64,000 nt of DNA from Thermodesulfobacteriota bacterium (GCA_039714535.1 JBDLJC010000004.1:5693-69692), one strand, 5' to 3'. Counted from the first letter of the stretch, positions 39,421 through 50,299 are shown. Numbers and translations: made by a program. The notes: generated from the sequence alone by a model not told the origin.

Positions 39421-40374
39421 ATGAAACCGATATTCATATTTAGTTTACCACGCGCAGGCTCTACACTTCTGCAACGTATGCTGGCAACATCAGATCAGAT
39501 ATCTACGGTATCAGAACCTTGGATATTATTACCTTTTGTTTATACCTTGAAATCTGATGGAATTAAATCGGAATACGGACATAGTTTATCTGTGCAGGCT
39601 ATCCAGGATTTTTATAAACAGTTCCCAAATGGTCGCCAGGATTATCTCAATGACTTACGAGAATTTATTTTAAAGCTTTATAAAAACAATTCGCAGCCCA
39701 ATAGCACATATTTTCTTGATAAAACGCCAAGATATCATTTGATAATCAATGAGATACTTGAGATTTTCCCAGAAGGTAAGTTTATTTTCCTGTGGAGGAA
39801 CCCGTTGGCCGTAGTTGCCTCAATTTTAAATAGTTGGTGCAACGGAAAATGGAAAATACGGTTATGGGAGTTAGATCTGTACGATGGAGTAGACAATCTC
39901 CTTAGTGCTTTTACAGAGAATTCTTCTCATGTTCATTCATTACAATATGAGAACCTTGTTCAATCCCCTTCCACGGAAATGAAAAAAATATGCGACTATC
40001 TATTGCTCGATTACGATGATCAAATGATAGGGTCATTTCAAAACATTAGCTTCGAGGGCAAGTGGGGAGATCAGTACGGAATCAAGAAATACGATTCTTT
40101 AAGCAAAAACTCCTTACATAACTGGCAAAAGACTTTCAATAATCCGATGCGGCGGTATTGGGCAATTAAATATTTAGATTGGCTTGGTGAAGAAAATCTC
40201 AAACTCATGGGCTATAGCTATCGAGATTTAATAGCACTAGTGTCAAATGGGAAAAACATGAATTTGAATGGCATGTTTTCTGATCTAATCAGATCTGTTC
40301 TTTATCCACCAGCAAATCTTCTATCAACACGAGGAGGAAATACCAATAAGCGCATAAAACACCTATATTACTAA
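39421..40374 (+). CDS. PAPS-dependent sulfotransferase
   Basis: PIFIFSLPRAGSTLL (5'-PSB), DKTP, FIFLWRNP..VVAS (3'-PB), YENLV..P. Confidence 0.9.
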   Translation: MKPIFIFSLPRAGSTLLQRMLATSDQISTVSEPWILLPFVYTLKSDGIKSEYGHSLSVQAIQDFYKQFPNGRQDYLNDLREFILKLYKNNSQPNSTYFLDKTPRYHLIINEILEIFPEGKFIFLWRNPLAVVASILNSWCNGKWKIRLWELDLYDGVDNLLSAFTENSSHVHSLQYENLVQSPSTEMKKICDYLLLDYDDQMIGSFQNISFEGKWGDQYGIKKYDSLSKNSLHNWQKTFNNPMRRYWAIKYLDWLGEENLKLMGYSYRDLIALVSNGKNMNLNGMFSDLIRSVLYPPANLLSTRGGNTNKRIKHLYY

Positions 40375-40459
40375 CTCGTGTCTGTCCAAAACTTAGAATT
40401 TTTCTTCGAAATCAAGGAACTGTGAAATTGAAACATTCAAACAATTTCAGGCGAAAAAA

Positions 40460-41422
40460 ATGAATAATCCGATTTTCATAATAGGCCTTCCCAGGTCAGG
40501 AAGCACATTATGGCACAATATTATAGCAAGAAACGAGGAAATCTGCCGGATAGGGGAAATGCATTTTTTAACGCCATGGCGCAAGGATTTCCGCCACTTT
40601 TGCAAAAAGCATGTTGGCGACTTGCAAAACAATAACAATGTTAAAAAAATGGTAGACTTAATTTTTTCACAGGAGACCACCCCAGGCCTAAATGCTTGGT
40701 TTTGGAATGCCGAGCTACAAAGAGTTAACAACAATGACCTAAAAGAAAAAATATATTCCGGCATCCTGGTATCTGACAGGTCGTTGGGCAGTATCTTCAA
40801 AATATTTATCGAAAACATTACCGTTTATAGTGGTTTGAAAAGATGTTGTGTAAAGTTTCCTGTTTATCCCAGTCATATACCCCAATTACTTCAATGGTAT
40901 CCGCGATGTAAGATTGTCCATATTACGAGAGATCCAAGAGCAACCTCTATATCAAGAACAAATGATCCGGGAGGGACGCAACAATTAAAAAGGAAGTATC
41001 CTCTCATTACTTTTCTCATACAAAAGATCATGATTTATTTTAATGTTGCCCAATATTGTTGGACTTCACGGCTACACAGCAAATATAAAGCCATAGATAA
41101 TTATGCTCTTTTTCGTTACGAAGATTTATTAGCATATCCTGAGAAGACCATAAGAAAGCTATGTCATTTTATCGAAATAGATTTTGATGAAAAAATGTTG
41201 ACCCCAAAGGCAGCGCAAAAATCCAGTGTCACAGGTAAAAGAGCAAAAGGTTTTGACAAAAAAGCAGGAACTCGCTGGGAAAAGGTAATTTCTCCTTTTG
41301 ATAAGTTGTTAATCACAATGCTAACGAAAAGAAGTATGACAAAATTTGGCTATGCTCCAAATGTTCATCCCATTTTTTCTACTGTAAAGCTCGATTCCGA
41401 AAGGATTTCTACATTAGAGTGA
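40460..41422 (+). CDS. PAPS-dependent sulfotransferase
   Basis: PIFIIGLPRSGSTL, KFP, IVHITRDPRA...S, RYEDLL..P. Confidence 0.9.
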   Translation: MNNPIFIIGLPRSGSTLWHNIIARNEEICRIGEMHFLTPWRKDFRHFCKKHVGDLQNNNNVKKMVDLIFSQETTPGLNAWFWNAELQRVNNNDLKEKIYSGILVSDRSLGSIFKIFIENITVYSGLKRCCVKFPVYPSHIPQLLQWYPRCKIVHITRDPRATSISRTNDPGGTQQLKRKYPLITFLIQKIMIYFNVAQYCWTSRLHSKYKAIDNYALFRYEDLLAYPEKTIRKLCHFIEIDFDEKMLTPKAAQKSSVTGKRAKGFDKKAGTRWEKVISPFDKLLITMLTKRSMTKFGYAPNVHPIFSTVKLDSERISTLE

Positions 41423-41487
41423 AAATTAAAGAATCTGGCAACACGATAGTTTGCCGCACGAAACTAAACTGTTAGGGATAATCCATC

Positions 41488-42366
41488 TTGAATTCAATTA
41501 ACATCGCAGTTTTAATGACCTGCCACAACCGAAAAGAATCCACTCTTTCATGCATTCGCAAATTAATATCCCAGGAAAATATTACGGACATCAATCTAAA
41601 AATATATTTGGTTGAAGATGGCTGCACCGATGGTACTGGAGATGCCGCCAGAAATCTTTTACCCGATATAATTTTGCTGCGAGGTAACGGAGAACTCTAT
41701 TGGGGAGGCGGGATGAGGCTGGCCTTTGGAGAAGCGTTGAAAGAAAACTACGACTTCTACCTATGGCTCAACGACGACACCATGCTTTATCCGCATGCTG
41801 TTCGGACGATGTTGGACACATCACATTACCTGAAAAAAGAAATTGGCAGAGACGCCATTCTAGCCGGAGCAATGCGTGACTCTGTAACTGGCGTTTTGAC
41901 CTATGGAGGAAGTATAAGGCGTAGATCCTGGAGTCCTAGGTCATATATATTTGTTACTCCCACAAATAAACCGGAACCATGTGATGTCATTAACGGCAAC
42001 TGCGTTTTAATACCTCACAACATAGCGACATCAGTTGGAAATATCAGTAAAGACTTCACCCACAGACTAGGTGATTGTGACTATAGCCTTCGCGCCAAAT
42101 CAAAAGGTTTTTCCAGCTGGATCGCACCTGGATATCTTGGTACCTGTTCGAGGAATTCTTTAACAGGCACATTTAAAGATAAGAACCTATCCTTAAAGAA
42201 CCGCGTTGGCTTTTTAGAAAATCCAACAGCGGCGACACCCGCCAAGGAGTGGATGCTCTTTGTAAAGCGGCATGGAGGGATTTTTTGGCCAATTTTTTGG
42301 TCCAGGGCTTTCGTTCGAATGAAGTTTCCGCGGATATGGGTTTGGCTACGCTCTAGCAGGGTTTAA
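41488..42366 (+). CDS. GT2 glycosyltransferase
   Basis: TCHNRK, EDGCTDGT, LYWGGGM, WLNDD, NGNCVLIP, GDCDY. Confidence 0.9.
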   Translation: MNSINIAVLMTCHNRKESTLSCIRKLISQENITDINLKIYLVEDGCTDGTGDAARNLLPDIILLRGNGELYWGGGMRLAFGEALKENYDFYLWLNDDTMLYPHAVRTMLDTSHYLKKEIGRDAILAGAMRDSVTGVLTYGGSIRRRSWSPRSYIFVTPTNKPEPCDVINGNCVLIPHNIATSVGNISKDFTHRLGDCDYSLRAKSKGFSSWIAPGYLGTCSRNSLTGTFKDKNLSLKNRVGFLENPTAATPAKEWMLFVKRHGGIFWPIFWSRAFVRMKFPRIWVWLRSSRV

Positions 42367-42518
42367 TTGCATTATGGAATTGACCTGACCCATTATCAAT
42401 ATTGGCGGCGGAATACCCTCTTAGTCTGCTGTCCTGCCCGAAGCCCTTAATGTAGCAACTTTGAATTGAAAACGGGTAGCCCGCCTGCACAATAATCAAG
42501 TGTCAGGGTTACCTTATG

Positions 42519-43607
42519 TTACTTACCACCTCGAACATACCACCAGTGACCACCTTGGCTCTTGTCATAACTACCGTAAGAGTAGTACGGTTCCTCTCCG
42601 CCCCAACACTGCTCACATTGAAAAGAAACGGCTCTCGCCATTGAAGGATCAGGTTCGTAAGTAGTACTTGTCCAAAATAACCAAGGCCGACATGAAGGAT
42701 CTTGATCCCAATCGCATTGGACCCTGTAGTCGACATCGAAAGGGTGTCCCAATGGCAGGGCCACACCTGTCGGGTTCATTGTCCAAAGTGTTCCCAGCTC
42801 CTCTGCGCCTGGCAGGCGCCATCCTGCCACTCCGTTAGTCGAATACCCGCCAATGACGCTGCCCGCGCAATTTAATGCTTTCTCCCAACTCCCCCCATCA
42901 TAAGGATTGCAAAAATCGCTTCCGGTTGCTGACGGTACCTGCCTTGTCCAAACCAGCCCGGTTGCTTTGTCTAAAACAAGGTCATTCCACTCGTGTTCAG
43001 CATGGTAAATGGCAAAGCGGGGGTTGGGGGCATGATCTACCCAATCTATTGATTTGTCAGTTCCATCTTGCGTTATCTCCCAAGAGGGTCTCTTATTCAC
43101 AGTCTCTCCTGCTAATGGTGGAGGAGCGTCACTACAGACAAATTTCACCCCGTCAGTATTAGTTTGACAACCTCCAGGAGAAGCAAAAGTCACCTTTCCT
43201 ATGCCCGAAGAAAAATTATAGGGACCAGTACCCAATTTGATCCATTGAAAATGATTTACCTGTTGGTTCACAGAGTTACTACGAAGGGGCACGCCATTGT
43301 CCGATATAACAATTGGAACATCTGTACATCTATTGTCCCCTGCCGACCATTGAGTAAACACCTCGCAATATCCACTTACTTCAGCCTCAAAGGTGTATAT
43401 CGCTGTCCCCGTACCATTCCCAGTATTATTGCCAGCCCAATTTCCTCCATAGGCATTACGACTTGAGACAGTAAACCAAGTCCCTGTCGATGATGTGCCA
43501 GCACCTCCATTGTCAACAATTAATTCAGCGGTATGGGCAAGTGAGGAAAATACTAACCAGAAAATCATTGGTAATAACAAAAACAATTTTAAGCCTTTTG
43601 TCTTCAT
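42519..43607 (-). CDS. Secreted protein: golvesin-like CBM + DUF1566 (Lcl C-terminal) domain
   Basis: Signal peptide; IVDN..G.W, VNQQ..W..LG, DGVKF; V.DKATGLVW, SWEKA..C, GWRLP..EEL, FWTST. Confidence 0.75.
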   Translation of the reverse strand: MKTKGLKLFLLLPMIFWLVFSSLAHTAELIVDNGGAGTSSTGTWFTVSSRNAYGGNWAGNNTGNGTGTAIYTFEAEVSGYCEVFTQWSAGDNRCTDVPIVISDNGVPLRSNSVNQQVNHFQWIKLGTGPYNFSSGIGKVTFASPGGCQTNTDGVKFVCSDAPPPLAGETVNKRPSWEITQDGTDKSIDWVDHAPNPRFAIYHAEHEWNDLVLDKATGLVWTRQVPSATGSDFCNPYDGGSWEKALNCAGSVIGGYSTNGVAGWRLPGAEELGTLWTMNPTGVALPLGHPFDVDYRVQCDWDQDPSCRPWLFWTSTTYEPDPSMARAVSFQCEQCWGGEEPYYSYGSYDKSQGGHWWYVRGGK

Positions 43608-43806
43608 CCCTTATCTCCTTTTCTTTTTGATTTATGCTACTTGCCTGTTTGATGAACTATTACCTAATCGTCCATTCAATCAGAAGGGTCCACAAGTAAT
43701 CAATAGTAGAAAAATGGGTAGGTAACAGGTGGTAGAACATACCACTCATAAGGCAAAACATAATTAAAGCTGGCATAACAAGTGGAGGGGGTAGAGCGGC
43801 GCCTTG

Positions 43807-45315
43807 CTATGCGTTATTTCTGAGGACTTGCTTGTAGAATCTTCTTGCTCCATCATACATTCCTATGCTTCTCAAAATATTCATCAACCGCTGCTTTGCT
43901 GTTGCAGGATTAACGGGCTGCCCCATGGCTTCCGGCCAGAGGATTTCGAGCATCATTTTGTACACTAAGTAATCAGGAGCGCTTCTTAACTTGGCAGGAA
44001 CAGCAAGAATTAATTCGAGAAGGCCTCGGTGATTGAATGGCGTAAACGCCTCTTGGACTATATCCCATTCAAGCTGGCTCTGCGCCTGCCAACTTCCCAT
44101 TCGATGTTCCCAGTAGAATAGATCGAGAATATCCATATTTGCTCCAGTAACCACTTCGCCAACTCGATCGTACCAGATGGAAATTTGCTCGCGTACAAAC
44201 GGTATCGTATGCCAACCATCTTCAAGCGCAATGATTTGGTCCGGGGAAGTAATAGGTCGATGCGTGCCATACTTATAGTAAAAGCACCTTGCAATTTCAG
44301 AACAGTTGCCTTTCAAGCATATCCTATCTTGCGGATATGTATCTATCATTCCGCATGCTATCTTCCCCCAGTCGTCCATATGCGCAAGCGATGCATTGTG
44401 CTCATATATTTCACGAAATGATTCGGGAACCGTTCTGCGGCAATCGATAAGGTTATGACTTAAGCCAAGGGCTTTTAATAGCGCCGCCGGAATCTTGATG
44501 TCGTTTGAGTTGGGATCTAAGTTGCGATATTGTAAGGTGTAAAAATAGATTTCATCAGAAATACTCTTTGCCGCACCAAAAAGCATTCTTGAGTCCCATC
44601 CAGCTGTTAATGGCAAAGCCAACTTAAATCTATTATTCGCTGCAATCATTAACCTCTTAAGGAGATCGGCGGCTTCAGCTACGATCTCATTCACTTGCCT
44701 CTGTGGCAATGCCCGTTTCGGCCAATACCTTATCTGCTCAACCGTTGAAAAGCGCAGGTAGTGATTAGGCACAAGGTGGCTTACTTCTTCAAAAAGGGAA
44801 CATCCGCTGGGTATCCAATGCTCAATATTAGTCTTTGCGTAGGATGATTTGACATAAGATGAGAGACGCTCGCCATCCTTTAGAGGCAGTATTTGTTTGA
44901 AGATTAATGGTTGTGATCCAACAAATACCTGACCTTTATATTTTGTGTAGTATACGCTTCGTAGTCCACATGGATCATGAAACAGCAATGTTTCTGTTGG
45001 TGTGTTTATTATTAAGACAAACCGACCAGAAACAGAACCTAGGTAGTCACTAATGCTTTCAACCGAATCAGTGAAATTGCGTATCGTGTTTAATATATCG
45101 GTATTAGATCTCTCCGGGAAACTTGGGTCAATGATGTACCCCAAAAGCGTGACAGTCACATTTGCATCGGTTGATGTTACGGTGGAAAGCTGTAAGTCCG
45201 GATGAGCATATAAATGGTGATGGCCAAAACGTATATGTTGCCAATGACGAAGAGACGCACAGGTGTCAGGCGCAATTAAGAACTGCCGGCGAAACCAAAG
45301 ATTGCTAACTGTCAT
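43807..45315 (-). CDS. Asparagine-synthetase-like adenylating enzyme (polysaccharide-associated)
   Basis: GRFVLI..HDPCGLRSVYY, LPLTAGWDSR PP-loop variant, FYWEHRMG.W, PFN.R; no N-terminal catalytic Cys. Confidence 0.7.
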   Translation of the reverse strand: MTVSNLWFRRQFLIAPDTCASLRHWQHIRFGHHHLYAHPDLQLSTVTSTDANVTVTLLGYIIDPSFPERSNTDILNTIRNFTDSVESISDYLGSVSGRFVLIINTPTETLLFHDPCGLRSVYYTKYKGQVFVGSQPLIFKQILPLKDGERLSSYVKSSYAKTNIEHWIPSGCSLFEEVSHLVPNHYLRFSTVEQIRYWPKRALPQRQVNEIVAEAADLLKRLMIAANNRFKLALPLTAGWDSRMLFGAAKSISDEIYFYTLQYRNLDPNSNDIKIPAALLKALGLSHNLIDCRRTVPESFREIYEHNASLAHMDDWGKIACGMIDTYPQDRICLKGNCSEIARCFYYKYGTHRPITSPDQIIALEDGWHTIPFVREQISIWYDRVGEVVTGANMDILDLFYWEHRMGSWQAQSQLEWDIVQEAFTPFNHRGLLELILAVPAKLRSAPDYLVYKMMLEILWPEAMGQPVNPATAKQRLMNILRSIGMYDGARRFYKQVLRNNA

Positions 45316-45491
45316 CTTTGTTCCTCGCATAACAAATTGTGGTTCCGTTTGAAACCTTTGACGTTGATTTGAATAGAGTCGCCTAGCGCTTTGACTCTAT
45401 TCACCATCTGCCGAAGAAAAAGTTACAATATCAAGCGGCTACCAACGGAACTACTGTACAGTTACAAAGTAATTTCTTTATACAATCTATC

Positions 45492-45541
45492 ATGTAGGGG
45501 TTGTCCTAGATAATGAAAATTATTTAGGACAACCCCTACAT
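45492..45541. terminator. Long hairpin after beta-helix gene
   Basis: atgtaggggttgtccta / taggacaacccctacat 17-bp perfect stem, extended to a GAAA loop. Confidence 0.7.
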
Positions 45542-45551
45542 TTATGCTGGA

Positions 45552-48056
45552 TTATTCAGTAATTTCTAATTTGAAAAGCTCAAGTGCTGCAGATAATTTC
45601 TTCAAATAGAAATTATCCAATCTCGCATTATTCTCTCGGCCCTTGAATGAGATAGTGTGAGGCCCTGCCTCCAATTGTACGATCAATGGATCAAATTGCG
45701 GAGCATCCATAGTGCCAGTGCCGCGAGCAGTAACTTCATCTTCCATCCAGACATTATACAGAGCAGGATCCTCGTTTGGATTGAAGTCCCAAACGTCTTG
45801 CGAACCATTGTCTATTATGACCTGAAATGAATCAGCCAATCGATCTGAACCATAGACATTGGCGATAATTTTATAAGTACCGGGTTCAACAATATTGAAG
45901 TTATAATCAACATATCCAACATAATTGGTAGGCGTTGCAACATAAGCGCCTCCAGATGCCTCCGCAGATAATACAATCTCCATCGGTGCCGTAAGGACTC
46001 CGGATTCAGCTTCGATAAGCCCGGTGCCTCCAGGGACCCTTAAAATATAAAAATAAGCCAATCTAGCATTATTCTCCCGGCCCTTAAATGAGATAGTGTG
46101 AGGACCTGCCTCCAATGGTAGTGTCAATGGATCAAACTGCGGAGCATCCATTGTTCCAGTGCCTCGTCTGGTAACTTCATCTTGCCTCCAGACATTGTAG
46201 AGAGCAGGATCCTCTTTTGGATTGAAGTCCCAAACGTCTTGCGGACCATTATCTATTATGACCTGAAATGAATCAGCCAATCGATCTGAACCATAAACCT
46301 CACCGACAATTTTATAAGCACCCGGTTCAACGATATTGAAGCTATAATCAGCGTATCCAACGTAATTGGTGGGTGTTGTGATATAAGAACCTCCTGGAGC
46401 ATCAGGGGAAGAGACAATCTGCATCGGTGCCGTTAATGCCCCTGATTCAGCTTTGAAAAACAGAACAGTGCTTGGAAGAACTTCTACTGGTGGCTGCTCA
46501 ACTGGTGGCTGCTCAACTGGCTGCTCAACTGTTGATACTGGTACACCATATTCGTAAGCACCTACATCCCATTTAGCACCAACAGGCCTAACAATACTAT
46601 TAATACTACCATTGTAAACACTACCTAAAGAGCCCCCCATGTCTTTCGCTGGCGAAGCCGTGGTGATATTTAATCCGTCGGTATTTGGGGTGATATTAAC
46701 TCCGTAAGTTCCTGCGAAACCATTAGGTAGGCTGGAAACGCTTTTCAGCAGGGGATTAGAGGCTAAAGCTGTTGACTCCCACGAACTAAGATTAGATGAT
46801 TGATAGATATTACCATCTGTAACAAGAGTCCCTCCATCCGGTCGATATAGAATATTATTAGAATGTGCTGTTACTCGATCTGGTGAATTATTAACAAGAG
46901 GGGTTTTGCTGGAAAGCGAATATAATATATTATTTTTGATTTCAAACGTTGTAAATCTTGCTGCACTACTGACTAATATTCCCCCATTAGCGTTTTCAAA
47001 AAGGGTATTATTATATATTTTGATATCTAAACTTTCCCGTAAATTGCTCTCGAAGTATATTCCACTTCCACCACTGCCAGTATTTCTATTTTTAAAAATT
47101 AAATTTCCATATATATCAACGCTCATACTGGCAGGCTGGGCAATTCCTATTCCTCCCGTAGCATTATTTGTTACAATATTATATCTTAATTCTATGTTAT
47201 TAGGCCCTGGTCTGCTTGGATCGCTTTCAACAAAAATACCTCTTCCATCATTATTGTAAGTAGTACTGTATTCAACTATTGCATTTGTAATTTTATCTTT
47301 TAGATGTATTCCGTTGCCACGTATGCTGGGACTGTTCCCTCCATTATGTACTTCACATCCTCGCACGAGCACATTTCTGATTTCATGAGTCCCAGTAGTT
47401 ACTGCATCATATATAGAAAGTGCACTCCGTGGTGTATTGAATACAACAGTATTAATAATTTCTACATTTTCTACTGAGGTATCTTTTGTTGCCCCAACTT
47501 TGAGTCCATAGATACCATAACTAGTCCCTCCGGGATCACCAAAATCATGAATAATGCAATTTTCTATTCTTTTAGTTGCCCCAATCATAGACCCGGCCGA
47601 TACTGGCCAATTAACTGTAATCCCACTTATTAATTTATTATTGCCATCAATATCGAAACCTCTGACAACAGTTTCTATAGTCGGATTATCATCATAAAAC
47701 ACAATTATTCCAGGGCGATTAGCAGAACCATTATTCCCCAGCATTCTAAAGGTAGCTCGTTGTCCTCCCCCCCAGGAACTTCCATCATAAGTCACACCGC
47801 CTTTAACTGAAAGAAGAGCAGAGCTGCCAGCTTGTGTCCATGTGCCTGAACTATTGAAATATACAACGTCTCCTGCCCGAAGCGTTGCGCTCCCCGACCA
47901 TCCTGACAATCCTGGGCAGTTCCTCCAGGGAGCTTGCTGTGTACCAGCATTGCTATCGCTGCCGGCATTATCCACATAATAAGTTGCAGCCCAGAGAGGT
48001 GATATAAGAGTTGAGTACATGAAAAAAACAAAAATCAGAATCCGTTTTGCATTCAT
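45552..48056 (-). CDS. Secreted right-handed beta-helix protein (polysaccharide lyase-like) with two tandem CBM-like modules
   Basis: Signal peptide, ATYYVD..GSD.N.GT..PW, many N..I.NN rungs, DVGAYEY, PVEQ linker, two xAESG.LTAPM modules. Confidence 0.8.
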   Translation of the reverse strand: MNAKRILIFVFFMYSTLISPLWAATYYVDNAGSDSNAGTQQAPWRNCPGLSGWSGSATLRAGDVVYFNSSGTWTQAGSSALLSVKGGVTYDGSSWGGGQRATFRMLGNNGSANRPGIIVFYDDNPTIETVVRGFDIDGNNKLISGITVNWPVSAGSMIGATKRIENCIIHDFGDPGGTSYGIYGLKVGATKDTSVENVEIINTVVFNTPRSALSIYDAVTTGTHEIRNVLVRGCEVHNGGNSPSIRGNGIHLKDKITNAIVEYSTTYNNDGRGIFVESDPSRPGPNNIELRYNIVTNNATGGIGIAQPASMSVDIYGNLIFKNRNTGSGGSGIYFESNLRESLDIKIYNNTLFENANGGILVSSAARFTTFEIKNNILYSLSSKTPLVNNSPDRVTAHSNNILYRPDGGTLVTDGNIYQSSNLSSWESTALASNPLLKSVSSLPNGFAGTYGVNITPNTDGLNITTASPAKDMGGSLGSVYNGSINSIVRPVGAKWDVGAYEYGVPVSTVEQPVEQPPVEQPPVEVLPSTVLFFKAESGALTAPMQIVSSPDAPGGSYITTPTNYVGYADYSFNIVEPGAYKIVGEVYGSDRLADSFQVIIDNGPQDVWDFNPKEDPALYNVWRQDEVTRRGTGTMDAPQFDPLTLPLEAGPHTISFKGRENNARLAYFYILRVPGGTGLIEAESGVLTAPMEIVLSAEASGGAYVATPTNYVGYVDYNFNIVEPGTYKIIANVYGSDRLADSFQVIIDNGSQDVWDFNPNEDPALYNVWMEDEVTARGTGTMDAPQFDPLIVQLEAGPHTISFKGRENNARLDNFYLKKLSAALELFKLEITE

Positions 48057-48255
48057 AACCACTCTCCTCATAATCATTACAGGTTACAGGCGCCATTCGC
48101 GGCAATGTATTACTCTTTTATCCCAAAATAAGTTGGGCCAAATCAATCGGCGCAAGGCTGTATTTTTTTCGTATCATGAACAAATCTGATTATTTATATG
48201 GCTTACCCTCTTTGGGCTATTTAGAGCCCAGGAGCCCGCCCGAGCATATCTTTCT

Positions 48256-48460
48256 GCTTAGAACTCGTCGGCAAATCAGAAAAAGAGTTCCAAGCCGATT
48301 CGGCAGGTGGCGGAAGTACTTCGGAGTATCAAAGAGCAACCTTGACAATTGGCGAAAGCAGTTCATGGTGAAAGCGAGAATGCTTTTTCTAATCAGCCTC
48401 GCCTGGACGATAAGGATTTAGAGATTCGACGACATTATTCCTTAAAAAACCCGACCTCTC
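48256..48460 (+). mobile_element. Decayed IS3-family orfA remnant
   Basis: Frameshifted KPIRQVA..GVSKSNLDNWRKQF..GESENAF..KDLEIRR..LKK, typical of the IS3 OrfA HTH and zipper. Confidence 0.6.
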
Positions 48461-48553
48461 CGAAGCCCGGTCACGAAACGAGGAGGGTTGGCCACTCCTC
48501 GTTTCGTCTGAATAGCCGAAGCTTTTTTTGATGGTCTTTTAGCACGAATTTTA

Positions 48554-50299
48554 TCAATTCCCAGCATGAACGTTATCAAAGAAAGCCCGAATAAATGCTT
48601 CTTCTCCAAATGTGTCAGTTCCTTGGGTAGCCGTACTTAATCTCACCGCAGAGAATTCTGTTGAAGCAAATTCTGTAATGGTTGACAAATCTACTGAAAG
48701 TGTCTCTGTGCCATCCAGAGTTATGTCAAACACTCCGTTGCCCCGGTACTCGATTTTCATGTGATACGCCTGGTCCTTTACAACGGGCGAGGTGAAGCTC
48801 AGATTATCATTCGCTATAGTGTACTTTGAAGTGCAGGAAGAATCTTGGCATCCCGCCGCGAGCATTTCAGCTGTAACCCCCAGAGAGTCCTCTTTCAACG
48901 AGGCTCGAATCACAAAGAAATTCGTGTAATCATTTTCATTCACACCGGGAGGCCGGAATTCCATATCGAGTAGCGCGTAAACTTGCGCGGGGTTGCCGCC
49001 GGAGTCAACAACAAACGTCGCCGGATCTAATGTGATATCAGCTTCGACAACTTCGGCGCCGTTGAGGATTATGCCATAATTGGAACGAAGGTCTGTGGTG
49101 TTGTTAAATCGGTTATCGGCGCTAAGATCATCCACAAACCCCTGGCCACTCTCCAGAACAAGCCTGCCGTTTTCTACCTGCCGTCTTCCGTTGGTCTTTT
49201 TCCAGAAAGAACCGTCCAGGTAGTTGCCGCTGTCGAAATTATCAGACAGGAGCCCATCTATTACATTGTCAACGGTCACAATCATTTCGGCCTGATCATC
49301 CGGGTTTGACAAGGCTATCTGTACACCAAGGTATTTTTCGGGCTTGGTGGGGACAGCGGCAGCGATAGTTGCACCCGCCGCCACCGGATCAAAGTACATA
49401 GGAGGGTCGTTGTTCAACTGGAAGGTGAACTGCCCGGGACCGGGGGCCAAGATGCTGTTCCAATCAATCAAAAGAGTTGCGGTAGAGTTTAGCGAAGCTG
49501 TCCCCAGTGGGACGCCTCCGCTGTCGCCAACTGTGAGGTATTCGACAGAGTCCGCCGTATTGCAGTCATCGTTTAAACACCGGAAGACCATATAAGAAGC
49601 CTGGGTACCGCTCCAGATTATCGCGGCGTTAACGTCACCGGTACGGTTGCCAGGCGCCTCACCATCCGTGGCCGTATGATAACCGCAACTCTGTAGCCGC
49701 GTACGGAAAACCCCATTACCCGTGCCGGTTAAAACAGTGTCCATGATCGTGAAATCAGCGGAAAGCTTTCCACAGCCAGTATCCATTAACGGCAGGTGAT
49801 TGAAAGCGTATTCACCAGCAGATGCCAGGTTGAATTGCAGCTGGCCGCCGACAAGTTTTCGGTCATGCGCTCCGCTCGAGTGCCAATAACCTGAATTCAG
49901 CGCCACACTGTCAAATGTCTCGTTAATTGTGGTAAGGCAGCTCACCTGCACATCTGTTATGTCTCCCCCGTTTACCATTCTGTTGCCACCGTTGACTACT
50001 TCACAAGTCTGCGCCGGAGAGGTGGGCTGGGACAGGATGGTTATGTCACAGGAGGTTCCATCCTTGACACGTGTAGGAAACCTGAACGTTCCGTTCGCAG
50101 TAACTACAAGATCATCTGTTCCGTTGTTTTGCAAAACCACCGTGCCAAGCAAACCGGTTGTCGTCCCCTTTATACTGGAGCTGGAGGTAGATGCCGGGGA
50201 AGCCCCCGAAGAACCACCGCCAGAACACCCAGTATATGCTACCAATGCCAGGGTAAGCAGCAGTCCAGTGCAAATCAAATGTTCTTGTTTTTTTTTCAT
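48554..50299 (-). CDS. Beta-rich lipoprotein of unknown function
   Basis: MKKK..LVAYTGC-SGGGSS lipobox; VVLQNNG.DDL..NG.F.F..QP..P.QTC.V Ig-like module; two similar lectin-like halves. Confidence 0.75.
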   Translation of the reverse strand: MKKKQEHLICTGLLLTLALVAYTGCSGGGSSGASPASTSSSSIKGTTTGLLGTVVLQNNGTDDLVVTANGTFRFPTRVKDGTSCDITILSQPTSPAQTCEVVNGGNRMVNGGDITDVQVSCLTTINETFDSVALNSGYWHSSGAHDRKLVGGQLQFNLASAGEYAFNHLPLMDTGCGKLSADFTIMDTVLTGTGNGVFRTRLQSCGYHTATDGEAPGNRTGDVNAAIIWSGTQASYMVFRCLNDDCNTADSVEYLTVGDSGGVPLGTASLNSTATLLIDWNSILAPGPGQFTFQLNNDPPMYFDPVAAGATIAAAVPTKPEKYLGVQIALSNPDDQAEMIVTVDNVIDGLLSDNFDSGNYLDGSFWKKTNGRRQVENGRLVLESGQGFVDDLSADNRFNNTTDLRSNYGIILNGAEVVEADITLDPATFVVDSGGNPAQVYALLDMEFRPPGVNENDYTNFFVIRASLKEDSLGVTAEMLAAGCQDSSCTSKYTIANDNLSFTSPVVKDQAYHMKIEYRGNGVFDITLDGTETLSVDLSTITEFASTEFSAVRLSTATQGTDTFGEEAFIRAFFDNVHAGN

